NCBI GenBank assembly: GCA_963845535.1
Contig: CAWJSK010000012.1
Location: 320,001-384,000 of the forward strand
Source of the DNA: an uncultured Spirochaetota bacterium
Lineage (GTDB): Bacteria; Spirochaetota; Spirochaetia; SZUA-6; Fen-1364
DNA: 64,000 nucleotides
Direction of reading: 5' to 3'
The translations under genes were made by a program, and so were the position numbers. Positions 9,091 to 19,126 of the stretch are shown piece after piece. The notes beneath the pieces are model-generated. The model was not told the origin of the DNA. It was given only the letters and a program-made list of their open reading frames with translations, and did not search any database. Position 1 is the first letter of the stretch, and the number at the start of each line of letters is the position of its first letter.

Positions 9091-10329
9091 CTATACGCTC
9101 TTGATGGCGTCAACCGCATTCATGCGGGCGGCGCGCAGGGACGGGATGATCGAGACAAGGCCCGACATCACGCATCCCAGGAGGACAATGCCGACCGCAA
9201 CAGGAATGTCCAGGGTCCAATACAGGACGTTGTCCACTGGAAACTCCAGGGATTGCATGTAGCTGGAGAAATCCACGCCTCTGAAATGGAGCAGGACTTC
9301 CAGCGCGAACCCCAGCCCCCCGCCAATGAGGCTGCCCCATAATCCAAGGAAAACACCTTCCCAAAGGAACAGCAGGAGCACTTCCGCGTTGGCAAACCCC
9401 ATGGACTTCAGGATCCCGATCTCCTTCCTTCTCTCCAGCACGACCATGGTCATGATGTTCGTGATGATGAAAGCGCCCAAGAACAGGACAATCACAAACA
9501 GGACGTTGAAGATCTTTTCTTCCAGCCGGATAAGGCGTCCATAATCTCCGACAGCCGTCCACGGCGTAACCGCCAGGGTTGGATCTTTCAGAAGGGCGCT
9601 GATCCGGGAAGCCACGCGCGCCGCACGGTGATAGTCGTTCAGCATGATGATGATGGACTGGGTGCCGCCTTCCGTGCGCAGAAACGCCTTGGCGTCAGTG
9701 ACAGGCACCTGGAATATCTTGTTGTCCAGCGTGGCCACCCCCGTCCGGAAGATCCCGACAATGTGAAATTTCTTCAGCTGCAGAGACCCGTCGCTTGCCT
9801 GGCTGACAACCTTCAGACTGTCTCCAACGGCCAGTTTCAAGCCATCCGCAAGGCCGCTGCCAATGATGGTCTGCCCCGGCCCGTCGATATAGCGGCCGCC
9901 AGGGAGCAGGGAGCGCTGGAGGTAGAGGAGCTTCTCTTCCGTGACGGGGTCGCCTGCCAGGGCCATCGCATTCTTGTTGTACCCCTTGTTTTCCAGCAAA
10001 ACGCCGAAGCTGATCCGCTCCGTCATGAGCGTGATTTCGTCCGCAATGGCGGGGGAAGACTGGATCCGGGATTCAATATCCGCTGGATTCGGGACCATTG
10101 AATCAACGGGCAGCAGCTCTGATCGATCGGCAAAATCCTTCGTCGTGATACGGATGTGCCCGGTCTCGTTTTTCGTGAAGTTCTTCACGAGGGACTCCTG
10201 GAAGGCGCCCAGGAACCCCTGGAGGAATAGACACAGGAGACACGCCATGGCAACCGAGATGAGCGCCAGCGTTGACCTGCGCTTGTTGCGCCAGAGGTTG
10301 CGCATGGCCATTCTGATGAGATATCCCAC
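9091..10329 (-). CDS. ABC transporter permease (FtsX/LolC-E family)
   Basis: RNLWRNKRRS N-terminus; ERRKEIGILKSMG; 4-TM topology. Confidence 0.85.
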   Translation of the reverse strand: MGYLIRMAMRNLWRNKRRSTLALISVAMACLLCLFLQGFLGAFQESLVKNFTKNETGHIRITTKDFADRSELLPVDSMVPNPADIESRIQSSPAIADEITLMTERISFGVLLENKGYNKNAMALAGDPVTEEKLLYLQRSLLPGGRYIDGPGQTIIGSGLADGLKLAVGDSLKVVSQASDGSLQLKKFHIVGIFRTGVATLDNKIFQVPVTDAKAFLRTEGGTQSIIIMLNDYHRAARVASRISALLKDPTLAVTPWTAVGDYGRLIRLEEKIFNVLFVIVLFLGAFIITNIMTMVVLERRKEIGILKSMGFANAEVLLLFLWEGVFLGLWGSLIGGGLGFALEVLLHFRGVDFSSYMQSLEFPVDNVLYWTLDIPVAVGIVLLGCVMSGLVSIIPSLRAARMNAVDAIKSV

Positions 10330-10341
10330 AGCTTCCCCCTT

Positions 10342-11667
10342 TCACACGAACCGCAGCGCGGAGGTGGCGCTCATGCGGGCCGCGGCGCGCGCCGGGATGG
10401 CCGCGGCAAGAACGGCTAAGACCAACCCGAATATCACGGCGAAGATGACGGATCCCGGGTTCCACTCTCCCCGCAGCGTCCCCCAGAACGCGAACCCGCC
10501 GCCGACGTCTCCGAACTTCTGCAGGGAGAAGCCCACGAAGATGGTGTAGCAGTCGATGAGGACTCCCAGCGCCGCGCCAAGGAAGCTTCCCAGGCAGCCG
10601 ACAAAGAACCCCTCGAAGATGAACATCCACACCACTTCCCTGCCGCGGAATCCCAGGGCCTTCAGGACGCCGACCTCCCTGATCCGTTCATACACGCTCA
10701 TGAGGACGGTGTTGACAATTCCGACGGCCGAGAGCAGGAGAATGAACAGCATGATGACGTATCCCCAGATGCGCTTCTGCTTGAGCACCGTGAGGAAGCC
10801 CTTGTTCAGGTCTTGGAAGGAGTACGGGGCAAGGGACGGGAAGGCGGCCGTGACGCTTGCGGCCAGCGAAGCGGCGTCCGCAAGGGTGTCGGAGAGGTTC
10901 ACGCGGTGCTGAAGGCGCACATCCATTTCGGTCACCAGGCCGCCCGTAGACATGGACGTCGGAGGGCGGCCCTGGCCAGGGACGGCCACGGGGCCGCCCG
11001 TAGACCCGGGCTCGCCGAGGTCCAGGAAGTCATTGGCCGCGCTGTAGGTGATCAGGACGGTGCTCTTGTTGAGAGTCGGATCACTGGTGGAAAGCAGCCC
11101 CACGATGGTGAAGTCATCCGCGTTCTGCGCTTCGTACCGTGTGGAAGCGGCAATCAGGACGGTGTCACCGATCTTCAGCCCCAGCCTGTCTGCCAGACCC
11201 TTGCCCAGGATGATCTGCCTGTCCGAGCCGGCCTGGGGAGTGAAGTAGCTCCCGATCAGCACGTCCTTCAAGGCGAACACCTGGGGGTCCGTTGCCGGAT
11301 CCACGGCGGTGCCAATGACGTAGGTGGTGTCATGGTAGTTGCCGGCCTGGGCAAGGAACTGTGTCCGCGCCGTCACGGCAACCACGCGCTTGTCTTTTTT
11401 CAGCCAGGCCGCGAGCGCCCCGGTGTCCGCAATGCCCTTGTCCAGCGGGTAGGACTCCCTGTCCGCGTCGTAAGCGGCCGAATAGATTTTCACCGAGGAG
11501 TCCCGATAATTGATCAGGTCATCCACCGACAGCCGGTCAAGGCCGTTGTACAGGGAGTCCAGGGCGATAAAGAATCCGATGCCGACCATCATCGTGATTG
11601 CCGTGATCAGGGCACGCCGCCTGTGCCGGAGGACGTTTCGAAGAGCTATCCTGAAAACGGTATTCAT
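10342..11667 (-). CDS. ABC transporter permease (FtsX/LolC-E family)
   Basis: RNVLRHRRR; MSVYERIREVGVLKALG. Confidence 0.85.
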   Translation of the reverse strand: MNTVFRIALRNVLRHRRRALITAITMMVGIGFFIALDSLYNGLDRLSVDDLINYRDSSVKIYSAAYDADRESYPLDKGIADTGALAAWLKKDKRVVAVTARTQFLAQAGNYHDTTYVIGTAVDPATDPQVFALKDVLIGSYFTPQAGSDRQIILGKGLADRLGLKIGDTVLIAASTRYEAQNADDFTIVGLLSTSDPTLNKSTVLITYSAANDFLDLGEPGSTGGPVAVPGQGRPPTSMSTGGLVTEMDVRLQHRVNLSDTLADAASLAASVTAAFPSLAPYSFQDLNKGFLTVLKQKRIWGYVIMLFILLLSAVGIVNTVLMSVYERIREVGVLKALGFRGREVVWMFIFEGFFVGCLGSFLGAALGVLIDCYTIFVGFSLQKFGDVGGGFAFWGTLRGEWNPGSVIFAVIFGLVLAVLAAAIPARAAARMSATSALRFV

Positions 11668-12374
11668 GCCGCTTCCTTTCGGTCTTCATGGACCAGCCCG
11701 TCGTGGAGGACAATCACGCGCCGGGCGTGCTTCTGCACCATGGCGTCATGCGTGGAAAAGATGAACGTGGTCCGGCGCTCACGGTTCATGTTCTCCATGA
11801 GAGACATGACCTCCTCAGCGGTATGAGAGTCGAGGTTGGCAGTGGGCTCGTCCGCAAGGACCACGATGGGGTTCTTCACGAGGGCGCGCGCAACGGCAAC
11901 CCTTTGCTCCTGGCCGCCGGAGAGCTCCCGGGGATAACGGTCAGCCATCTCCCCAAGGCCGACGGCCTGGATGATCTCACGAGCCTTGCTCCTCATCTCG
12001 CCGTGGGAGAAGCGGCGCTCGATCACCATGGGAAGCTCCACGTTCTCCATCACGGTGAGGACGGGAATGAGGTTATAGGACTGGAAGACGAAGGAGATGT
12101 TTTCCTTGCGATAGACGGAAAGCTCCGTCTCCGTCATTCGGCCAAGCTCCTTCCCGTCGTAGAGCACGCTGCCGCTCGTAGGGAGGTCCAGGCATCCAAC
12201 GATGTTCAGCAGCGTGGTTTTTCCGCTCCCCGACGGGCCAACGATGGCCAGGAACTCCCCTTTCTGAATGGTGAGGTCGATCCCGCGGAGCGCCTCGACG
12301 CTGCGCTGCGCCTTCACGTACGACTTGCGGACCCCTTCGAGCTTGAGGATGGTTTCCATGACAGCCATTTCCAT
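11664..12374 (-). CDS. ABC transporter ATP-binding protein (LolD/MacB-like)
   Basis: Walker A GPSGSGKT, LSGGQEQR, LADEPTANLD. Confidence 0.9.
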   Translation of the reverse strand: MEMAVMETILKLEGVRKSYVKAQRSVEALRGIDLTIQKGEFLAIVGPSGSGKTTLLNIVGCLDLPTSGSVLYDGKELGRMTETELSVYRKENISFVFQSYNLIPVLTVMENVELPMVIERRFSHGEMRSKAREIIQAVGLGEMADRYPRELSGGQEQRVAVARALVKNPIVVLADEPTANLDSHTAEEVMSLMENMNRERRTTFIFSTHDAMVQKHARRVIVLHDGLVHEDRKEAA

Positions 12375-12713
12375 TCAGTCCTTTCTCCCCGAGCGAGGCT
12401 TGAGCTTGCCCAGGAGAAGCTCCATCTCCCTCAGGTATTCGTTGAGCGCCCTCGCCCCTTTTGCGGTCAGGCTGACGCTCGTGTTGGGCCTGTTCTCGAC
12501 GAAACTCTTTGCGATCTTCACGTATCCGGCTCCCTCCAGCGTCCGAAGCTGGATAGAGAGGTTCCCGGCCGTCAGCTCCAGCTTCTCCCGCAGCTCCGGA
12601 AAGCTCACCGAGGGGCTCGTGCTGGAGGATAGGTACGCAAGGATGATCAGCCGCGCCCGCTCGTGGATAATCTTGTCCAGCCGCGGCCGACGAGACCCCT
12701 CCTCCTCACCCAT
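12375..12713 (-). CDS. Winged-helix transcriptional regulator (ArsR/MarR-like, HTH_34 type)
   Basis: LDKIIHERARL..LTAGNLSIQLRTLEGAGYV..K.F.ENRPNT. Confidence 0.8.
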   Translation of the reverse strand: MGEEEGSRRPRLDKIIHERARLIILAYLSSSTSPSVSFPELREKLELTAGNLSIQLRTLEGAGYVKIAKSFVENRPNTSVSLTAKGARALNEYLREMELLLGKLKPRSGRKD

Positions 12714-13374
12714 CGCTTTCCCTTCCCCTGATCAACTGCGAGACAACCGCGTACGCAACGCTTCCTCCTCCCAAACAGATGGCCGTCCACAGGGAAGCAG
12801 ATATCCCCGGCACGAAAAAGCTCAGCGCGGCGGTGGCGAGGTACCAGTACCCCAGCACGTAGAACTCCACGAGGTGGGCCGCAAACGCGATCAGGTTGAC
12901 CGTCAAGCCGATCCACAACCCCCACGTACCGACGATGTAGAACGAGAGACCAGCCGCGGAAAGATAGATCGTTACGCCGAGGGCAATGAGGCAAAAAGGG
13001 ATGTAGAGATGCATGAACTCCCCGATGTCATGGTCCCCCAGGAGCGACAGGAAAGTGAGATTGCGGTCTATCTTTTTTATGGTGCGGAGCACTCCCCGTA
13101 CACGGAAAGCGTACAGCGTGGCACCCAACGCTGCGGCAACGATCCAGAACACGGCCCGCAGGGACGCCGGGATGGTCCCATATCCTCCGTAACGCAGGAC
13201 GAGGAAATGCATGGTCACGGAGAACACGGCAACTGCCACCCCGAAGATCAGGAGCAGCCACCAGTAGAACCTGGCCGTCACGATTTCCCGCAGCACCGGG
13301 CTGTTTCGCTTCACGGCCGCTTTGATCTCCTGAAGGTCGCGCATCAGGCGCGCTATTCTCTGCCTGTCCCGCAT
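12706..13374 (-). CDS. Hypothetical multi-pass membrane protein
   Basis: About six hydrophobic segments; overlaps start of the regulator gene. Confidence 0.65.
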   Translation of the reverse strand: MRDRQRIARLMRDLQEIKAAVKRNSPVLREIVTARFYWWLLLIFGVAVAVFSVTMHFLVLRYGGYGTIPASLRAVFWIVAAALGATLYAFRVRGVLRTIKKIDRNLTFLSLLGDHDIGEFMHLYIPFCLIALGVTIYLSAAGLSFYIVGTWGLWIGLTVNLIAFAAHLVEFYVLGYWYLATAALSFFVPGISASLWTAICLGGGSVAYAVVSQLIRGRESDG

Positions 13375-13394
13375 GACTGCCTTCCTTTCAGTTT

Positions 13395-13445
13395 CATAAA
13401 CTAGTTTATGGTATAAACCTATCAGGCAAACAAACTGAGTGTCAA
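13395..13445 (-). promoter_or_regulatory. Sigma70-like promoter with downstream palindromic operator for the 13374-7048 operon
   Basis: Minus strand TTGACA (13445-13440), 18 nt, TAGGTT (13421-13416); perfect 16-bp palindrome CATAAACTAGTTTATG at 13395-13410. Confidence 0.6.
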
Positions 13446-13537
13446 GTCAGGAAAGCGCTCAGAAATACGCGAGTGCGCGCAGGGCGAACGAGCTGGCCAT
13501 ATCGTCGGGCCGGCCGCATGAGCGCGATGAGCCGAGG

Positions 13538-14875
13538 CTACGTGCTCGCGATTCTCTCCAGGCTCGAGCCCTTCGTTTCCTCTCCCATGATCACGACGAT
13601 TGCCGAGACAACCAGGAAGATGGCGGCGAACATGGCGAAAATCGTGCCGACCCCCGCGCCCCAGGACGGCAGGAGCAGTCCCACGATGTAGGGACCGATA
13701 ATGCCCCCAATCCGCCCGAACGCGGTTGCAGAGCCGGCGCCGCTTGAACGGATGCGTGTGGGGTACAGCTCAGGGGTGTACGTATAAAGGACGCCCCAGG
13801 CACCGAGATTGAAGAAGGAGATCACGCAGCCCCAGATCAGGATTTCCGCGGGGCTGCCCGCCTGCCGGAAGAAGAACGCCCCGACGGCGCAGAGAAGGAG
13901 GTACAACGCGAGGGTCGGCTTGCGGCCCAGGCGGTCCACGAGGAACGCGGCGCTGAAATAGCCGGGGATCTGCGCCAGCGTGATGATCAACGTGTATTCG
14001 AATGTCGTCACCAGCGGGTAGGTGGCCCGAAGAAGAGACGGCAGCCACGCGAAGATTCCGTAATAGGAAAACACGATGCCAAACCAGATCAGCCAGAGCA
14101 TGATGGTGCGGCGCCGAAGTGGCTTGCTGAAAAGCTCGGGCCACCTGCCCTTTGCGGAAACCACGGGGGAGGCAGCCGCCGTGGCCCCCTGCCTCGAGCC
14201 GCCGCTCTCACCCTCCACCTGGCGCATTACGGCCTCCGCCTCCGCCGGGCGGCCTCTTTCCTCCAGGTACCGCGGAGACTCGGGAATGCTGCGGCGGAGA
14301 ATCAGCGCGTACAGCGCGGGCACCGCGCCGATGAGGAAGGCGATCCTCCATCCGTAGCGAGGAATCAAAAGGTAGCCAATGAGCGCGGCAATCACCCAGC
14401 CGTAGGCCCAGAAGCTCTCAAGGAGCACGATCATCAAGCCGCGCCGTTTCGCGGGGGAGAACTCGCTCACAAGGGTGCTGGCAACGGGAAGCTCCCCGCC
14501 GAGGCCGAGCCCCACGAGGAACCGAAGCCCGCAGAGGGCGCCGAGGCTCCCGGCAAGGGAACAGAGTCCTGTGGCAATGCTGTAGATGACGAGGGTGCTC
14601 TGGAAAAGCGGCTTCCTGCCGAAGCGGTCCGCCAGGAGTCCTGCCACCAGGGCTCCGACGAACATGCCGAGGAAACCCGCGCTGCTGATATAGCCAACCT
14701 GATAAGGATGAAGCTTCCACTCCCCGACGAGCGCGGCAAGCACGAAGCTGATGAGGCCGACGTCCATGGCGTCGAACATCCATCCCAGGCCGCTTGCAAA
14801 GAGCAGGCGGCGATGGAATGCGCCCAGCGGCCGTGCGTCGAGCCGCCCTGCAATACCTACGCCAGTCGTGGTCAT
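13538..14875 (-). CDS. MFS transporter (sugar porter / aromatic acid-like, NiaP/YceI type)
   Basis: GWMFDAMDV, LADRFGRK, GLGGELPV, PESPRYL, PELYPTRIR. Confidence 0.85.
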   Translation of the reverse strand: MTTTGVGIAGRLDARPLGAFHRRLLFASGLGWMFDAMDVGLISFVLAALVGEWKLHPYQVGYISSAGFLGMFVGALVAGLLADRFGRKPLFQSTLVIYSIATGLCSLAGSLGALCGLRFLVGLGLGGELPVASTLVSEFSPAKRRGLMIVLLESFWAYGWVIAALIGYLLIPRYGWRIAFLIGAVPALYALILRRSIPESPRYLEERGRPAEAEAVMRQVEGESGGSRQGATAAASPVVSAKGRWPELFSKPLRRRTIMLWLIWFGIVFSYYGIFAWLPSLLRATYPLVTTFEYTLIITLAQIPGYFSAAFLVDRLGRKPTLALYLLLCAVGAFFFRQAGSPAEILIWGCVISFFNLGAWGVLYTYTPELYPTRIRSSGAGSATAFGRIGGIIGPYIVGLLLPSWGAGVGTIFAMFAAIFLVVSAIVVIMGEETKGSSLERIAST

Positions 14876-14957
14876 GGACACAATATGCACGCAGGCGGCT
14901 GGAGGGGCAATACCCGCCCGCTGGGACAAGGACGGTTCAGCGCTGGCGGGTCGGCGC

Positions 14958-15593
14958 CTAGTTGAACATGTCGATCACGTCCTGCTTTTTCTTGGCTTTC
15001 TCATAGCCCTTGTCCACGGCGTCCTCCTGCAGCATGTCGCTGAAGGTGATTGCCTGGTCATCGCTTAACACCAGGGAATCCCGCCCGTACACAATGAAGA
15101 ACGCCCGCAGCAGGAAAACCGGCGAGGGCTTCAGCGTCAGGAAGAAGCTCTGGTTGCCATTGTCGTCGATGCGGGAGGTGAACACGAGCGACATGTCACG
15201 GTCTCCGGCGTCGTGCCACTCTCCGTCCTGGTAGTACATCTGCTGAAGCTCGAGGGTGGAGATGGTTTTGCTGATCTCCGTCTGGTTTGCCTGGGCAATT
15301 CCCTTCCAGCTCTCGTATTTCTCCAGGGCCGCCCGCATGTCCTCCCGGGCGGGCCCGTCAAGGAGGATGGCGTAGCGAGTGGGATATCGGTAGGCCTTGT
15401 TCTGGATGGCGATGACGGAAATGCCCGGGTCATCGCTGAAAGCGAGGAACTGGATGAGGTCCTTGTCCGTCTCGATCCTGCCGTACTCCGCCTGCTGGCC
15501 GCTGGGGACGCTCTTCCAGGGCGGCATCCCGGAGCAGCCTGCCAGCCCCACGGCAAAAACAACGGCCGCGAACGCCACCAAAGGCTTTGTCAT
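14958..15593 (-). CDS. Hypothetical lipoprotein
   Basis: Lipobox LAGC after hydrophobic signal; RBS GGAGG. Confidence 0.6.
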   Translation of the reverse strand: MTKPLVAFAAVVFAVGLAGCSGMPPWKSVPSGQQAEYGRIETDKDLIQFLAFSDDPGISVIAIQNKAYRYPTRYAILLDGPAREDMRAALEKYESWKGIAQANQTEISKTISTLELQQMYYQDGEWHDAGDRDMSLVFTSRIDDNGNQSFFLTLKPSPVFLLRAFFIVYGRDSLVLSDDQAITFSDMLQEDAVDKGYEKAKKKQDVIDMFN

Positions 15594-15651
15594 TTCTGTC
15601 CTCCGTTCCCCCAATGGAAACAACCCTGTGCCCTGAAAATGTCACCCCGTC

Positions 15652-16869
15652 CTATTCGTAGCGCAACGCGTCGATGGGATCAAGGGCGGCCGCGCGACGC
15701 GCGGGATAGAACCCGAAAACGACGCCGGTGAGGGCGGCTGAGACGAAGCCGAGGAAGACCGAGAACCCCGAGATCATCGTGGGCCACTTCCCGACTATCG
15801 ACACGAGAAAAGATATCCCAACTCCCATGCCAACGCCTATGAGCCCGCCTGCGCAGGCCATGGTGAGGGCCTCGATGAGGAACTGCAGCAGGATGTCGCG
15901 CCCTCGTCCCCCCACAGCCATGCGCAGTCCGATCTCCCGCGTCCGCTCCGTGACCGAGACGAGCATGATGTTCATGATTCCGATGCCCCCGACGATAAGC
16001 GAAACCACCGCCACGGCCGCCAGGAGGAGCGCCTGGGTCTGCACGGTTGCCGCCCTGACCGCCTGGACGTTCGCTATGTTGCGGATGGTGAAATCGTCAG
16101 GATCAGCCGGGGAGAGGTGGTGCTCAAGCCGCAGGAGCCTCTCCGTGGAGTCCACCACCCCGGCCACGGTCTCAGGGGTTGCGGCGGAAATCATGATGGT
16201 GTTGACCCATGTCTGTCCCGTGAGCCTTTCCTGGTGCGTCGTGATAGGGACGATGACGACGTCATCCTGGTCACGACCGAACCCGGTCTGCCCTTTCGAT
16301 TGGAGCACGCCGATGACCCTGAACGGAACGCTCTTGATCACGACCGTGCTGCCCACGGCTCCCCCGGCAGGAAACAGGTTGGCGGCAACCGTGCTCCCCA
16401 ACACGGCCACCTTCGCCACGCGGCTGACGTCCTGCTTCGTGAAAAACATCCCCTGGGCAACGTTCCAATTTCCAACGGAGAGCCAGTCCGGGGTCGTTCC
16501 TCCGATCACCGTGTACCAGTTGGCCGAACCGGCAACCACCTGAGCGCTGGTCTGCGAGTACGGCGCGACCCCGGCAATCTCGGGGACGTTGGTGGCAATG
16601 GCGTTGATGTCGTCCAGCTTGAGGGTGGTCCGCGAGCCGCTTCCCAGGCTCACGCCGCCGCTCGTGATGCTGCCCGGCGTGATGATGATGAGGTTGGCCC
16701 CGAGGCTTTCGATCTGTTTGAGAACTGCCGCTTGCGCCCCGGCCCCGATTGCCATGGAGGCGATGACCGCCCCCACCCCGATGATGATCCCGAGCATGGT
16801 GAGAAGTGACCGGCTGACGTTGCGCAGCAGGGCCTTCCACGCGGTCCGCATGAGAACAGCGATGCTCAT
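15652..16869 (-). CDS. MacB-type ABC permease
   Basis: [50 protein letters not shown]. Confidence 0.9.
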   Translation of the reverse strand: MSIAVLMRTAWKALLRNVSRSLLTMLGIIIGVGAVIASMAIGAGAQAAVLKQIESLGANLIIITPGSITSGGVSLGSGSRTTLKLDDINAIATNVPEIAGVAPYSQTSAQVVAGSANWYTVIGGTTPDWLSVGNWNVAQGMFFTKQDVSRVAKVAVLGSTVAANLFPAGGAVGSTVVIKSVPFRVIGVLQSKGQTGFGRDQDDVVIVPITTHQERLTGQTWVNTIMISAATPETVAGVVDSTERLLRLEHHLSPADPDDFTIRNIANVQAVRAATVQTQALLLAAVAVVSLIVGGIGIMNIMLVSVTERTREIGLRMAVGGRGRDILLQFLIEALTMACAGGLIGVGMGVGISFLVSIVGKWPTMISGFSVFLGFVSAALTGVVFGFYPARRAAALDPIDALRYE

Positions 16870-17654
16870 GAGGAAGCCTCCCCCGAAGGGCGATCATCAA
16901 TGATGAGGCCGTCGCGGAACGTCACCACCCTGTCTGACCAGGAGGCGACATCCTGAGCGTGCGTCACGACGATGACCGTGATCCCGTTGTCCCGGTTCAG
17001 GTGGCGGAACAGCGTCATGATCTCCACGCTGCTCGCGCTGTCCAGGTTGCCCGTGGGCTCGTCCGCCATCAGGAACGGCGCGCCGTTGGCGAGCGCCCGC
17101 GCAATGGCCACGCGCTGCTGCTGGCCACCGGAAAGCTCATTCGGCTTGTGGTCCATCCGCTCAGCGAGGCCGACCTGCTTCAGGAGCTCCCGCGAACGCT
17201 CTTCCCGCTCTTTCAGCGCAATTCCGGCGTAGAGCATGGGCAGCTCGACGTTCTCCAGGGCGCTCGTCCTTGAAAGGAGGTTGAAGCTCTGAAATACAAA
17301 TCCGATCTGGCGGCTTCTGATTGCGGCCAGCTCGTCCCGCGTCAGGCCAGATACTTCCTTCCCGGCAAGCCGGTACGAGCCCGAGGTGGGACGGTCCAGG
17401 CAACCCAGGAGGTGCATGAACGTGGACTTGCCTGATCCCGACGGCCCCATGATTGCGACGAACTCACCGTGATGCACCGAAAGGCTGACGCCCCGCAAAG
17501 CGTGCACCGTGGACTCCCCTTCACCATAGACCTTGGTAAGGTCCCGCACCTCGATGAGAGGCGCTTCCCGAGGCGCTTTTGCCCGCGCGCGTTTCGTTTC
17601 AGTGGCCACGACCGCCCCCGATCCCATGGTCCCTTCTTCGCTCTGTTCCATCAT
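16866..17654 (-). CDS. MacB-type ABC ATP-binding protein
   Basis: [25 protein letters not shown]. Confidence 0.9.
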   Translation of the reverse strand: MMEQSEEGTMGSGAVVATETKRARAKAPREAPLIEVRDLTKVYGEGESTVHALRGVSLSVHHGEFVAIMGPSGSGKSTFMHLLGCLDRPTSGSYRLAGKEVSGLTRDELAAIRSRQIGFVFQSFNLLSRTSALENVELPMLYAGIALKEREERSRELLKQVGLAERMDHKPNELSGGQQQRVAIARALANGAPFLMADEPTGNLDSASSVEIMTLFRHLNRDNGITVIVVTHAQDVASWSDRVVTFRDGLIIDDRPSGEASS

Positions 17655-19116
17655 TGCGCCTGCCTTGTCCGAAGGGAACCGCTCCCCTGGGTAATGGCCC
17701 CGGCGGCTGAAGCGTTCCCGCCCGCGCCACCCGAGGCGCTCCCGCCGCCGGTTCCTGAAGCGTTGCCGCCGCCGGCCGGCGCGTTGCCTGAAGCCGCGGT
17801 TCCCGCGGCACCCGGCCCTCCCGCGCCTCCCTGGCTGCCCGGAGAAGCGTTTTTCCGGCCCGTGCCTCGGTACTGCGCGATGATGACCTGATCTCCCGGA
17901 CGAAGGTCACCGCTCGTGATCTCCACGTTCTTGCCGTCCGAAAGGCCGATCACGACGCGTCGAGGTGCGGGACGGTTGTCCTGCACCGTCCATACGGTGA
18001 CTTGGGATCCGGGCGCTCCCGCCACGGCCTGGGCTCCGGGAGCGGCGCCGGAGGATTGCACCAGCCCGGCGCCGAACCCGAAGGCGCCCGCTCCGCCGCC
18101 TGTCGGCGCGGCCAGGGGCCTGTAGAGAAGAGCCGAGATCGGGACCGAGGGCACATGGATCTCTTTCCCACGTCGATCAGTACCTGCGCGGTCATCCCCG
18201 GCAGGAGCTTACCCGACGTATCATGCACCACCACGACCGCGTCATAGGTTACGACGTTCTGCGTGATGATGGGGTTGACGCGTACCTGCGAAACGGTCCC
18301 GGAGAAAGTCTGGTTCGGATAGGCGGTGACCGTGAAGTGCGCGGATGCTCCCTGTTGAACGCCCCCCGCGTCCGCCTCGTCCACCGACGTGTCCACCTGC
18401 ATGTCCGTGAGGTTGGTTGCCAGCGTGAAAAGCGTGGGGGTCTGCAGGGAAGAGGCCACGGTCTGTCCGATGCTCACGTTGCGGGCCATGACAATTCCAT
18501 CCCAGGGGCTCCTGATCACGGTCTTCGACAGGTTGTACAGCGCCTGGTCGAGGTTGCCCTGCGCCACGGCAACCTGTGCGTCAGCCACCTGGACCGCCGC
18601 CTGCGACGCCAGGTAGTCCTGGTTGGCCGTTATGGCAGCCGTGTTGTCGGTGTCCATCTGGTTCTGATTGATGAGCCCCTGCTTGAGAAGCGGTTCATCC
18701 CGCTGGGCGGTGAGGTTCGCCATGTCCAGAAGCGCTTTCATCTTGCCCACGTTTACCTTGGCGCTGTTGAGGTTGGCCTGCGCAAGACGGAGATTGGCCT
18801 TGGCGGAATCCACCGCCGCCTGGTAGTCCGTAGGATCAAGCGTCGCCAGGATCTGGTTCTTTTTCACCCGTGTGTTGTAGTCTGCGCCAAGCATATTGAT
18901 GGTCCCCGACACCTCGCTTCCCACCGACACGGTGTTCACCGGGTTGACGGTGCCCGTCTCGCTCACCGTGGCTGATATGTCGGCATAGTCCACGGGACGG
19001 GTGACGTAATGGACCCCGTCCCCCCGCGCGAAAAGCGGCCGAAGAGCGATGGCCGCGACCACCACGACGACGACCGCCGCGCCTGCGATAATGACGATCT
19101 TTGGTGCTGTTTTCAT
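17651..19116 (-). CDS. Efflux periplasmic adaptor subunit (MacA/HlyD family) with Gly/Ala-rich tail; apparent frameshift near 18157
   Basis: [38 protein letters not shown]; continues in ORF 17651-18154 ([22 protein letters not shown]). Confidence 0.8.
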
Positions 19117-19126
19117 TTCCTTCCCC

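Noticed and set aside
17651..17880. Gly/Ala-rich repeats as a separate element
   Set aside because: This is the low-complexity tail of the MacA-like adaptor, which is common in this family.
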